A DNA stretch of 63,679 bases, filler included, from Pelomyxa schiedti (taxonomy: Eukaryota > Protista > Evosea), in assembly GCA_020536535.1 (NCBI GenBank). It is 9 parts of 9 records of this genome, joined end to end, with 100 filler letters (N's around TTAATTAATTAA, not from the genome) between each part and the next. Parts side by side here need not be neighbours in the genome. Positions count along the whole stretch, not along the records: positions 1 to 25,916 come from JAHLWZ010000180.1; 8 more parts are not named here. The stretch is one strand, 5' to 3'. The position numbers were made by a program, and so were the translations under genes. The notes beneath the pieces are model-generated. The model ran no database searches and had not been told where the DNA came from. It worked only from the letters and a program-made list of their open reading frames with translations. Below, piece by piece: positions 1 through 11,634 of this stretch. How positions within the stretch are numbered: position 1 is the first letter of the stretch; every line of letters begins with the position of its first letter.

Positions 1-125
1 TAGCTAGTAGCAGGAATTCCGGCCAAAGGCAATAGCAAGCAAAGGTATTGTTACATTGAAGCAATCTAATTCTAATTACAATTATAGGCACTCCTGATAT
101 TCCCGATTTTGACTGCTGCTGGCTT

Positions 126-165
126 CATAAGTCCATCATAAGTCCATCATAAGTCCATCATAAGT
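126..165. repeat. 11-bp tandem repeat (CATAAGTCCAT x3.6)
   Basis: Seen directly in the sequence. Confidence 0.9.
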
Positions 166-552
166 TCCAACAACAACAACAGCAATTCTGGCCTCGATTT
201 TGGCTTTGGGTGCTTTGCTCTATTGCCCTTTACCACTTTTTTATTTCATATTCTCCAACAGGTTCTTTTTAGCATCACGTGTATCCAGTTTGTTGTTTTG
301 GACTTGGGGTTTTGAAGAGAAAAAAGGTCCCCTATGGGAACAAATTAGGTTTTTTATTGGTTGTTCTTTGAGTGGTAGAGTGGATGGTTCAGGGAGGGAG
401 TTCTGATGGTCCGTGGCATTCTGGTGGTTGGTGAAAACTGGTTGGTATTAAACTGACTTCTGTCTTTTTCACAGGTCACCTTCAGTTGAAATTCAAATTT
501 GAAAAATTCACAACACAACAAGTACTGGATTGTTTGTTGGTTTTTTTGATTG

Positions 553-2781
553 TCAGTGAGGGGAGGATGTGATGTTTGGGGGACATAGGGACAGGGAGCG
601 GGAGAGGGAGGGGGTGGGGGTGGGGGAAGGGGACGGGAAGGGGGTTCTTGTGGTAGGTAACAAACTGCTTGGTAGGTGGAAGGTCACGTCCCCATCCACA
701 ACACATACAGGTCGCGATAGACAGAAGGTAACAGCAACAGTCACTTCTATGCTCCCATCAGCAGCTGGTGTTGCGGTCCTTAGGTCATATACTTCCAGTT
801 TCCGTTTTTCCGCATGAAAGAGCAGGAAGGATCTGACCAACGCTGTAAATCCTGGGTTCACTGGAAGGGCAATGCCCAATTCTTTTGCGCATCCATTATA
901 TATCTCGCACACAAATGATGTAGGCTCTCGGTGAGTCACTGTGAATTTGGAGCCAGATATCCATGACGAGTCCAGTGAGACCAGATTGTTCCTGCCACTG
1001 GAAATCAACTCCCATCCACCACCTCGGGTGATGCAAAAAGTATAAGAACCATGCTTCATGACGGTGTCAATAATGAAAAAGCTACCTTCGGAGCTCCGGA
1101 ACTTTGCCTTTGCAGGGTATGGCACATCATGAGTGTTTAGAACAGAAAGGAGTTGCCCAGCATGTGAAGCTCTTGTATCAATTACCAAGAAGTGGTGGTG
1201 TGGTGGGCTCTGACTGGAGTCACTCAAAGATACAAGGAGTTGATTTTTGTCCATTTTGTTGAAAGTAGCGCCCCAGAAATACTGTGTGTTAGCTGAGAAC
1301 GGCATACGAATGGTGACGAGTTCACCAGTTATCCGAAGTTCGAGGAACAGATAGATCGGCTTGTAGTAGTCCGTTTCTACCCAAATAAAACCAGCAACCC
1401 ACATTTCGTTCAAACACCAACATTGGCACCCGAAATTCCCAATCTTTGCCCAATCTGCTGTGGGCCATATCCTCCTTTCTGGTGGAGTCGCGGAACTCTC
1501 CCACAGCTCCCATGAAGGTGCTGTGGTCTTGGCATAAACATAAGTATCTTCATTGGCCCACTGTCCCTCGTAGGGGCGAACCTGAATGGTGGGGATCTTC
1601 ACAAACCCGAGGGTCTGTGGTGAGAGTGCAAAACTCACCCACATGTTCTCAGCGGGGTTTGTGTGCAAGCTATCTTGTTGATCTCTTAACAGTATTTTCA
1701 CATTGACAGTTGTCTCTAGTAAACAGTCCCGGAGCAGATGAAATAAGACTCTCCCCCTCTGAGATGGCCAGGGTTTGGGGCCCAAAAAAAGGAGTTGACA
1801 CAGTTGCTCAGATAGAAGAGTGCAATGAGCACATTGGTTTTCATTACACTGGTAACCGGCGAGTGCATCCCGCAATGTAAAGTACTCAACGCTGACAGCT
1901 TCCCTATAGTTGCCAAACCTCTGTCTTTGAGGGTCACTTTGCCTCTCGTATTGCCTTTGCAATTCCTGTGCACCCAGGTTCATATAATATAACGCTTGTT
2001 CCGAAAACTGGTCTTGTGTAGGCTGAAATTGATGCTGCTGTGGAGGTGGTTGCTGTGAAGGTGGTTGTTGTGGAGGGGGAGGTGGTGGTTGCTGCGCAGG
2101 GGGAGGTGGTTGTTGTAAAGGGGGAGGTGGTGGTTGCTGTGCAGGGGGAGGGGTTTGTTGTAGTGGGGGAGCTGCTTGAGGCTGCTGTGCAAGGAGGGGA
2201 GGCACAGGATCCACATGGACTGGAGCAGGGCGAGGGGCACGGCCAACTGGCGCCCACGGCGCGCGGCCGCGAATCGGGCTCCTACTGCGCTCTCGCTCTG
2301 GGCTGAGATGCCGGCGGCGGCGGCGACCGAAGCTAGAATCGCGGGGGGGCGAGGGGGACTGTGCGTCGGCGCGCGGGGGGTGCCGGCCGCCGCCGCTGTT
2401 GCCGTTGCGGGGGCGAGGTGGCGGAGCACGGGCAGGGGGGTGCGGCGGCGGGGGCTGCCGAGAGTCGCGGGGCCCTTGCAAGTACTTGGCCCAGGCAAGC
2501 GCGATCGGCGTAGGTCGCACGCGCACCCACTTGTTTCTTATTTTGATCCTGTCCAACTTGGTGAGGGCCTGGAACGCCTCCTCGTTGGAGTCGAAGGTGA
2601 TGAAACTGAAGAGCTGATCCGAAAAGCACGCGGTGGGTGCTGGGTCAGTTGCACCTACGACGAACCCATACCCCATGAATTCCTCCTCGATCTCCCTCGC
2701 ATCGACACCAGCCTCGATCTCGCGAACGTAAAGCACGTTTCCCACGTCCCGTGGACTGCGGAACTTCACTCGACTACTCAT
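553..2781 (-). CDS. RRM protein with RS-like and P/Q-rich linker, fused to a lineage-expanded C-terminal domain
   Basis: 742-aa ORF. RNP2-like VLYVREI and RNP1-like FSFITFDSNEEA...VRVR; RRRRHLSPERERSRSP; QQPPP repeats. The C-terminal half shares motifs with the ORF at 43564-44799. Confidence 0.8.
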   Translation of the reverse strand: MSSRVKFRSPRDVGNVLYVREIEAGVDAREIEEEFMGYGFVVGATDPAPTACFSDQLFSFITFDSNEEAFQALTKLDRIKIRNKWVRVRPTPIALAWAKYLQGPRDSRQPPPPHPPARAPPPRPRNGNSGGGRHPPRADAQSPSPPRDSSFGRRRRRHLSPERERSRSPIRGRAPWAPVGRAPRPAPVHVDPVPPLLAQQPQAAPPLQQTPPPAQQPPPPPLQQPPPPAQQPPPPPPQQPPSQQPPPQQHQFQPTQDQFSEQALYYMNLGAQELQRQYERQSDPQRQRFGNYREAVSVEYFTLRDALAGYQCNENQCAHCTLLSEQLCQLLFLGPKPWPSQRGRVLFHLLRDCLLETTVNVKILLRDQQDSLHTNPAENMWVSFALSPQTLGFVKIPTIQVRPYEGQWANEDTYVYAKTTAPSWELWESSATPPERRIWPTADWAKIGNFGCQCWCLNEMWVAGFIWVETDYYKPIYLFLELRITGELVTIRMPFSANTQYFWGATFNKMDKNQLLVSLSDSSQSPPHHHFLVIDTRASHAGQLLSVLNTHDVPYPAKAKFRSSEGSFFIIDTVMKHGSYTFCITRGGGWELISSGRNNLVSLDSSWISGSKFTVTHREPTSFVCEIYNGCAKELGIALPVNPGFTALVRSFLLFHAEKRKLEVYDLRTATPAADGSIEVTVAVTFCLSRPVCVVDGDVTFHLPSSLLPTTRTPFPSPSPTPTPSLSRSLSLCPPNITSSPH

Positions 2782-2956
2782 CTCCTGGAAGTGTCAGGGT
2801 GTTTGTTGTTAAATTTAAAAATTCAGATCTTGTGCCTCAGGGACTTCACTCTATTTTCCTTTGGGGTTGGCCCGAGATTGGCGGCTAGACTTTGCTCTTC
2901 TAAGAGGAGGTCAATCAGTAAGCCACAATTAATCCCAGTAGAACCCTCCCCACGCG

Positions 2957-4961
2957 TTGGTGCTGGCGCGTCCGATCGGAGAAGCTACCGCGTCCGTACC
3001 GATTGGGGCGGCACTGCTGGGGCTGGACGACGCGGACTGCCTGGCCGCGTACCGTGCCCACCGCACCCTCGTCGGTCTCGCCCTTGCTCCTGGTTGGTCG
3101 CCGTCGCCAGGGGCAGTGGTTGGCACGGCCCGGTGCCCTCCCGCTTCGAACGACCGCGGGCACTTATGGGAAGTCGGGGAGCTGGCACGAGAAACCGTGG
3201 GTAGGCTGGGCCCGCCACAAACGCAAACGACGCTGGTGATCGCCGAAACGTCGCCACAGAGCGGGGACCGTGCAGCCATGGGGTGTCATTACGCCCACTT
3301 CGTGCTGAGAGCGTGGTGGAGGGTGCTGGGGGNNNNNNNNNNNNNNNNNNNNNNNNNNNNNNNNNNNNNNNNNNNNNNNNNNNNNNNNNNNNNNNNNNNN
3401 NNNNNNNNNNNNNNNNNNNNNNNNNNNNNNNNCCGCCACAAACGCAAACGACGCTGGTGATCGCCGAAACGTCGCCACAGAGCGGGGACCGTGCAGCCAT
3501 GGGGTGTCATTACGCCCACTTCGTGCTGAGAGCGTGGTGGAGGGTGCTGGGGGCCCTGGTGCGAGAGAGCAGGACCAGCTCAGCCCACGTCATCGGTCTT
3601 ATGCTCGCTCGGCCTGTTTCGACGTTGCTTGCAGGTGCCTGTTCTTCCACGCCCGGGGCTGCAGTGGATGTCATCACGCTGGCGAAAAGAATGGTCAAAG
3701 TGGAGCGGCGCTGCGGCGGGGAGCCCACTACTTGCACGTGCATGGGGAGGGCAGAGGGCAGGTGGAGTGGCACAGTTGTCGGCGCACTTTGGCCGCTGCT
3801 GCCGGCGCTGGTGGGTCGCTGCTGCCTCCAGGCTGACCTCACATTGCTGTGCAAGAAGACATTTGACTTGTGCACACTGGTATCGCTGCACCATCACCAG
3901 TTGCGCGCAGCAGATCCTAGAGACACTGGAACTGTGGCAATCGCGATTGCGGGGACTGTTCGAATTATGTCTGCTCTCCTGTCAGCCTCCAAGTCGATGC
4001 ACATGTCACCCGGTTCAGCAGAGAAAACTTCTCTGGCGGAAACCATGTCAATATCCGACTTGAACTCAATGGCATTTATATCTTGTTCCAACCGAGCAGT
4101 TCTTGGGTCATTCCTTTTATTGTACTTTCAGTTGACGCAGTACCTACTGGAAGGTTGGAAGCTCCTGCAACAAGAATCCTTCTCGGAAGTGCCTCACCTG
4201 CAAAAAGAGCTGGCCCTAACTTGTGCCGAGCACATAACTCATCATAACAAAATCATTTTACAACTGGAAATACTCCCTGAACTGTTCTCACTGTTTGGGG
4301 ATCAAGACGACTCCCTGATATTTGTGATGCAGACTTTACTCATTCTGTGGAACCTGCTCCCATCTTTGAAAGAAATGACCTCATCAAGGGACCTGTGTGA
4401 TGATGGCCGGGTAGCGATATTAACTTTCTGTTCCTGCACAGAGCAAACATTATCTCCCCATCAAGTCTTCCTTTACTTCATGCAGTTTATCCAGTGGGAC
4501 CATGAATTTCTTCTGGGGCTTCTTACAAGCAGAGAAACCAACTTCCTTCTTTACTTGACCCGTTACTTGCGATTTGCAACCTCTGACACCTCTGGATTCC
4601 AAACAGTTTTAAAACACCCAAAGGTGTCAGCCTCTCTGACAAACTTACACCACTCAATCAAGAAGAAAACAAAACTCGGGCAATTCCCCTACAATGCAAC
4701 ACCNNNNNNNNNNNNNNNNNNNNNNNNNNNNNNNNNNNNNNNNNNNNNNNNNNNNNNNNNNNNNNNNNNNNNNNNNNNNNNNNNNNNNNNNNNNNNNNNN
4801 NNNCTGACACCTCTGGATTCCAAACAGTTTTAAAACACCCAAAGGTGTCAGCCTCTCTGACAAACTTACACCACTCAATCAAGAAGAAAACAAAACTCGG
4901 GCAATTCCCCTACAATGCAACACCTTTACTGAACCGCCTTTGTACCCTGCTGTCAGTCTAA
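2957..4961 (+). CDS. LINS1: Protein Lines (LINS1)-like, with Lines C-terminal domain; start uncertain, spans two gaps
   Basis: PHQVFLYFMQFIQWDHEFLLGLLTSRETNFLLYLTRYLRF and LHHSIKKKTKLGQFPYNATPLLNRL match the two conserved Lines blocks (PH..F...I.FD...LLD.L.S.ET.FL.Y..RYL and FPYN...LL..L). Confidence 0.8.
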
Positions 4962-5275
4962 ATAATAACATTCTCCAATTGTTGAAACTGAAACACCTGC
5001 CTCAACCGCTGCACCGCCTGCAAGTTGTCCACTAACAAAACCAAGGAATGCACCTAGCGTGGGATCCGCTTTCTGCTTGCTTTCAAAGCCCTATTTTAAC
5101 ACAAAATCAGCTCACAAATGACTGTATCCTCATTTTCGTTTCCAGACAATGGAGCTCCAACAACAGAATTTTTTTTCCGTTTGTAATTTTGATCTCTCTT
5201 TTGTTTGCGTACTGGAGAGTGAGTGCAGTAGTAGTATAGAGCACTCCCCTCTGTGTTGGTAGTTTTAATCAGTGG

Positions 5276-6418
5276 TCATGGGGAATCTTTGATGTAGAGC
5301 TCGTGGCACAGGTGATTGATGAGATCAACTGGAGAGGAAAACGGGGAGCCTATGCCTTCCTTGGTGTAGTGCCGAAAGCTTGTGACCGGGGAACCTTCGG
5401 CAAAAATTCTGTGGTTGGGTTTAGTGTTATAGTTACTGTGCGGGTTCGGGAACCATACTTGTCAGTGTGAACTAGGCCATCATTGTTTACGAAGCACAAT
5501 CGGAGCGCAACCCTGGGTCCGGCTGCCTCATTGAGAAGAGTAACTAAAAACGATCCCCTATGCTCCCGGCAAAGTGCCTTGATGCATTGCTCTTTGCTCC
5601 AGCCCGTCACAAACCATGGCTCCTTGCACAACTCATTGAGCTATTGATAGTTGAGTTGTGAGTGAAACACAAACGAACAATTTGGTGGTTAACCTCTTTC
5701 AATCTGTTGAAGTTCGAATGAAACTCTCCAAAAGTGTTAACAATTTGCTGTAAGCGTTCAGCCGTCACTCGCCCCTGCGAATTCTCTGTTTTCGGTTGAT
5801 TTTTAGGGAACCGTGTGCCAGGTTTTTATGAGTTTGGGTATAATTCATGGCGAGCGAGAGTTGATGTACGTATAATACCTAGTATTCTACGGCAAGGATT
5901 GATGATGTTCTTCTGAAGGTGGAACCTTGCTTCAATGGCTGCCGCAAATTCACCCCAGGGGACTTCTGGCATTGTGAAGTTCCCTGTCCAGAATTCCCGC
6001 CCTTGTTCTGTCTCTATTGCCGCTTCTGCTATAATCCTATTGAAGGTCCTCGACACTTGTTCTATTGAAGGCCTCTGGGTGTGTGTTAATGTAAGTAACA
6101 AGAGAACAAGTCACATGAGACGAAAAAAGAGTGGTGGTGTGTGCCGGGGGAGGAGAAAGAGAGGGGAACGGCAAAGATATACTTTAACTGCATTCGGATC
6201 GCACATCCATTCAATAAGTTCAACCTAGGTTTTACACCAGGTCAGTTGTGGATTAGTGCTATTCTATTTTACAGAGAGCCATAAACTTACCAAGAGCGGG
6301 GGAGTGGGTGTCTCAGGCCTGCACGCCATCTTGCGAGGCATCTTTGGGAATTCACTTTGGATAATTTTCTTCTTCATTTCAGCATCAGTGCAATGGCCAA
6401 AGGGCTGTTTCCCTGAAA
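5276..6418 (-). CDS. Partial duplicate (3' half) of the SHK-like kinase-SH2 gene
   Basis: Near-identical to 7215-8355; truncated by an N gap. Confidence 0.7.
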
Positions 6419-6518
6419 NNNNNNNNNNNNNNNNNNNNNNNNNNNNNNNNNNNNNNNNNNNNNNNNNNNNNNNNNNNNNNNNNNNNNNNNNNNNNNNNNN
6501 NNNNNNNNNNNNNNNNNN

Positions 6519-6676
6519 CTGACACCTCTGGATTCCAAACAGTTTTAAAACACCCAAAGGTGTCAGCCTCTCTGACAAACTTACACCACTCAATCAAGAA
6601 GAAAACAAAACTCGGGCAATTCCCCTACAATGCAACACCCTTACTGAACCGCCTTTGTACCCTGCTGTCAATCTAA
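6519..6676 (+). CDS. Duplicate 3' end of the Lines-like gene
   Basis: Near-identical to 4804-4961; follows an N gap. Confidence 0.65.
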
Positions 6677-7214
6677 ATAATAACATTATCCATTTGTTGA
6701 GGCACCTGCCTCTATGGACTTCACCTGTAACCCGAAATAGTTTCCAAACTAGCAGTGGTGATGCGCCAGGCGACACCGTGGTCGTGGAAAGCAGGAGGAG
6801 CGGGAGTGGGTGGTGTTTGCGATCTATGGCAGTGACGGTGGCGGTGTTGTGGCTGGGGCGCAGGAAAGGGGTACTAGCTGTAGAACTACTGCGTGGCGTG
6901 AAGGGACTCACCATCCTGGATACCTCCCACCAGGCAAAGGAGGGCAGAATGCAATAGAGCAACCGCTGCACCGCCTGCAAGTATGGGTTTGTGTGTTGCG
7001 CACCTGTCCACTCACAAAACCAAGGAATACACCTAGCGTGGGATCCGCTTGCTTTCAAAGCCCTATTTTCCCTCTCGTTTCAATACTATGGAGCTCCAAC
7101 AACAGAATTTTTTTTCCCTTTGTAATTATGATTTCTCTTGTGTTTGCGTACTGGAGAGTGAGTGCAGTAGTAGTATAGAGCACTCCCCTATGTGTTGGTA
7201 GTTTTAATCAGTGG

Positions 7215-9925
7215 TCATGGGGAATCTTTGATGTAGAACTCGTGGCACAGGTGATTGATGAGATCAACTGGAGAGGAAAACGGGGAGCCTATGCCTTCCT
7301 TGGTGTAGTGCCGAAAGCTTGTGACTGGGGAACCTTCGGCAAATATTCTGTGGTTGGGTGTTATGGCTACTGTGCGGGTTCAGGAACCATACTTGTCAGT
7401 GTGAACTAGGCCATCATTGTTTACGAAGCACAATCGGAGTGCAACCCTGGGTCCTGCTGCCTCATTGAGAAGAGTAACTAAAAACGATCCCCTATGCTCC
7501 CGGCAAAGTGCCTTGATGCATTGCTCTTTGCTCCAGCCCGTCACAAACCATGGCTCCTTGCACAACTCATTGAGCTATTGATAGTTGAGTTGTGAGTGAA
7601 ACACAAACGAACAATTTGGTGGATAACCTCTTTCAATCTCTTGAAGTTCGAATGAAACTCTCCAAAAGTGTTAACAATTTGCTGTAAGCGTTCAGCCGTC
7701 ACTCGCCCCTGTGAATTCTCTGTTTTCGGTTGATTTTTAGGGGACCGTGTGCCAGGTTTTTATGAGTTTGGAGTATTATTTATGGCGAGCGAGAGTTGAT
7801 GTACGTATAATACCTAGTATTCTACGGCAAGGATTGATGATGTTCTTCTGAAGGTGGAACCTTGCTTCAATGGCTGCCGCAAATTCACTCCAGGGGACTT
7901 CTGGCATTGTGAAGTTCCCTGTCCAGAATTCCCGGCCTTGTTCTGTCTCTATTGCCGCTTCTGCTATAATCCTATTGAAGGTCCTCGACACTTGTTCTAT
8001 TGAAGGCCTCTGGGTGTGTGTTAATGTAAGTAACAAGAGAACAAGTCACATGATACGAAAAAAGAGTGGTGGTGTGTGGCCGGGGGAGGAGAAAGAGAGG
8101 GGAACGGCAAAGATATACTTTAACTGCATTTGGATCGCACATCCATTCAATAAGTTCAACCTAGGTTTTACACCAGGTCAGTTGTGGATTGGAGCCATTC
8201 TATTTTACAGAGAGCCATAAACTTACCAAGAGTGGGGGAGTGGGTGTCTCAGGCCTGCACGCCATCTTGCGAGGCATCTTTGGGAATTCACTTTGGATAA
8301 TTTTCTTCTTCATTTCAGCATCAGTGCAATGGCCAAAGGGCTGTTTCCCTGAAAAAATCTCACGGAAGGTCATTCCCAAAGAAAAACTTTTTAGATTGTT
8401 AGCTTAGTTTAAAAGCCCAAATTGTTGTTCTCACGTATCAGTCGACTTGGAGAGCGGCTTGTTCCCTCCCATCGGCGGATGCAGTGGTTCAACACCTCCC
8501 AGGATTTCTGGGGGCATGTAGTTCCCTGAAAAAAAAAAGGTGTGTCAGTTGAAAGAAGTAAACTCTTATGTATAAAACTCACTTGTTCCTTCGGGTGTGT
8601 ACTTCTTTGCGCAGTTGCTTCCTGGTTCCAACATCTTTGAAAATCCAAAGTCACACAGCTTTTGAAACAATTAGAAACTGCTGAAGGAAGGGGACTGACT
8701 GCATACACGGACATCGAAACTGTTGTTCAGAAGGACATTTTCCGGCTTGATGTCACTGTGTGAAATAGTGTAAAAAGTTATGCCAAAATAACTTGCTGTG
8801 AAATAATTTCAAGCCTTTCTCGGTACCCGTGGATTATATGGTAATCTGAATGCAAGGCGCGTATAGCTTCAATCTAGATGAGTGAGACAAGAAGTGACCA
8901 GGGGAAGGGAGAGAGAGTGGTCTTACAATTTCGGATGCAATCTTCATAATAATTGAGCGTGGAATTCCTCCTGCAACCAACTGTTTCATATCCAACGGGA
9001 GACGGTCTGGGTTGTGGAGCAAAATATGTAAATCACAACTCATCTCAGGCATTACAAGAGCGGGTCTCAGTTTGCCGTTGTTATTGGGATCGACAAAACA
9101 GTAACCTGTGTTACGTGAGGAGATGGGGAGGAGCGAGTACAGAGGGAAGATTGGCCTACCTTCCAATGTAATTATGTTGAGGTGAATCGCCGTGCGCATG
9201 ACCATGGCTTCATACTTGAGCTTTTTCATTTCCCTTTCTGCATCATCAGACAGTTTAACTACTTTGACAGCCCGGAATGCACTGCCCGATTTGGCTGTAT
9301 TAATATTGCAAGACAAAATGTGAGTGAAATGATTGGATTGATTGTGTGAGATGGGAGAGCAATCAATCTCACCACTGAGCACTTTGCCAAAACTTCCTGC
9401 ACCAAGATTTGCGTCTCCGTTTAATACAATGTTGAGAGGCTTTTCTAACCCTGCCGGCCACTGCTCACATTCGTACAAGTGTGCAAGGCTCTCCTCATGT
9501 CCAGTTTGGCGCGCACTGCTTCCCATTGGGGTTGCTGCTCCAGCAGAGGAAGTTCCGTAAGAGATTACAAGTGGAATTGTAGCAGCTGCAATTGGTCCAA
9601 GAGCAATGAAATCATCCGTTGTATTGCTTGAAGATGCAGTGAGTGGAATGAAATCCTCCTCCTCCTGAGTTTGTGCGTGGTGCCTCTGGTTTTGGACTGA
9701 CGTAAGCGGGTGGGGGCCACTGTATTCAGAAGACGGCGCCCGAGACCTCTTGTGGGCTGGTGGAGTTTCCGTGTGTTCATGATTCTCACCAAGGGTGCGC
9801 CCTGAGGAAGTTGTAGAAAAAACGGCAGAAGCAGTTGTTGCAAGAGCGGGAGTGGGAATGGTAGAATTGGTCCCAGGCGTATGTTGCTGAAGTTGCGGCT
9901 GTTGCTGTTGTTGTCTAGTTTTCAA
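7215..9925 (-). CDS. SHK-like protein kinase with C-terminal SH2 domain (multi-exon)
   Basis: After splicing: LGAGSFGKV, AVK, IIHGDIKPENVLL, LCDFGFSK, GTRNYMPPE, RPSIEQV. The linker IIAEAAIETEQGREFW..EVPW..F is typical of Dictyostelium Shk kinases. SH2-like EPWFVTGWSKEQCIKAL...GSFLV. Confidence 0.85.
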
Positions 9926-10460
9926 TTTTGCCCTGCGGGATTGACTTGTACTGCCCCTTTTCCTGTGGTGGCGCCTGTAATACTCAGTGTAATTCGCATT
10001 CCTGCTGTTTGTGTGTCGGCTGTTTGTGGGAATTTAATGGTCAATGGTCGTTTGGCGAAGGAAAAAAGCACAGGGGCCAACGCACATTTCGCTCTGCGGA
10101 CATTTTTCCATCCCACCACTCTGCACCCCTGTGAGATCTGTGATGTGGTGCGGCAGATCTTCCGGCGACGCAGATGGCTGCGGCGCCGCCCCAAAGTGGT
10201 CCTCCTGTTCCGTTTTCTTGGTTTGTGTTTTTGTGGCCTCCCCTCCTCGCGTCCCTCCTGGGCTTTTTTCCCTTGTTTTAGCGCCACCTGCCAAAACAAC
10301 ATGGCGCAATCCCGCCATCCTGCCAAAATTCCTATGACCCCTGCACCACTCTAATAATAGCTAAAAACAGCTAAAAACAAAGTTCTTTTCAAAAAACTAT
10401 TGTTCGTTTCCTTTGGGGTACTCCAACATCAGTGTTCTAAGGCAGACACAACCTGCAACT

Positions 10461-11470
10461 CTGCAAGTGCGGTTAGTAAAACAGAACCACAAAGATATAG
10501 GATAATACCTTCATGTTTTTCTTAACAATACCAAGTGAGACTGGGAAAACGACGCTCTAATTGGGGAGAGCAGTTCAGATTCTCAGTGTTTCCGATTATG
10601 TTTGACTTCAAAATACCCGCGAGTATGCAACAACTGCAACTGGCGGTTAGTAAAAGAACTCGAGAGGAAAGGAGTAAATACCTTCAAAGTGGAACAGTAC
10701 AGTAATTCCAAGTGATGATGAGACTGGGAACACCAAGAAAACGACGCTCTAATTGGGGAGAGCAGTTCAGATTCTCAGCGGTTCCAATTGTATTCTTCAA
10801 TAGAAGTCAAACTGCAAGTGCGGTTAGTAAAACAGAACCGCAAGGATATAGGGAGGGATAGGAATAAATAAATACCTTCGTGTTTCTTCACATGTGTTCG
10901 TTCCAAGTCTGAGAAATGACGCTCTAATTGGAGAGCAGTTCAGATTCTCAGTCTGCGTTTTGACTTCAATAGAATTCGAGTATCTGCAGTTAAGTGCGGT
11001 TAGTAAAACAGAACCACAGGGATAGGAATATAAATACCTTCAAAGTGGAATAGCAATTACAAGTGATGATTGGAACAAAGAAGAAAACTACGCTCCCAGT
11101 TGGGGAGCAGTTAAGATTCTCAGTGTTTCCAATTATAGTTGACTTCAATAGAATTCGAGTATGCAACAACTGCAACTGGCGGTTAGTAAAAGAACTCGAG
11201 AGGAAAGGAGTAAATACCTTCAAAGTGGAACAGTACAGTACAAAGATATAGGGATAGGAAGGTATAAATACCTTCATGTTTCTTCACATTGCAAAGTGAG
11301 AAAACACAAAGAAAACGACGCTCCAGTTGACTGGGGAGCAGTTCAGATTCTCACTGTTTCATCATAATTGACTTCAATTGCAGAATTCGAGTATTGCAAC
11401 AACTGCAGGTGCGGTTAGTAAACAGAACCACAAACATGCAGGAGGGACAGGAATCAATAAATACCTTCAT
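10461..11470 (-). repeat. Tandem array of six degenerate ~177-bp units, each an intron-like segment plus a non-coding exon-like segment with a hairpin
   Basis: GCGGTTAGTAAA at 10469, 10643, 10820, 10996, 11179 and 11411; AATACCTTC seven times; GCTC..GAGCAGTT(C/A)AGATTCTCA five times. Confidence 0.9.
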
Positions 11471-11606
11471 GTTTTTCTTCACATCTTTTCCTTGTCATGA
11501 ACCCCAAGTGTATGAAGAACAATCCAACCAAGAATGACGCCCCACAAGTGCAAATGCATGGTAGTCCGTCTTGCCGGCACGTGTGCCACAGACATTGTGT
11601 TCTTTT

Positions 11607-11613
11607 TATAAAA
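11607..11613 (+). promoter_or_regulatory. Possible TATA box upstream of the structured RNA candidate
   Basis: TATAAAA about 25-30 nt before the first predicted stems; it lies in an A-rich tract, so it may be chance. Confidence 0.35.
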
Positions 11614-11634
11614 AAAAATAAAGAAAAAGTCATG

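Noticed and set aside
2176-3204. Long antisense or alternative-frame ORFs (also at 22220-22782, 33527-34428, 45829-46638, 50164-50946)
   Set aside because: Shadows of GC-rich or low-complexity coding sequence on another frame or strand.
3213-3552. Direct repeats flanking 100-N gaps (also 4583-4702/4804-4923 and about 46250-46335/46455-46537)
   Set aside because: Unmerged contig overlaps either side of a gap.
10461-11470. CRISPR-like or tRNA/SINE reading of the array
   Set aside because: The 'spacers' are homologous to each other, there are no cas-like genes, and the A/B-box resemblance (GTTCAGATTC) is weak with no cloverleaf.
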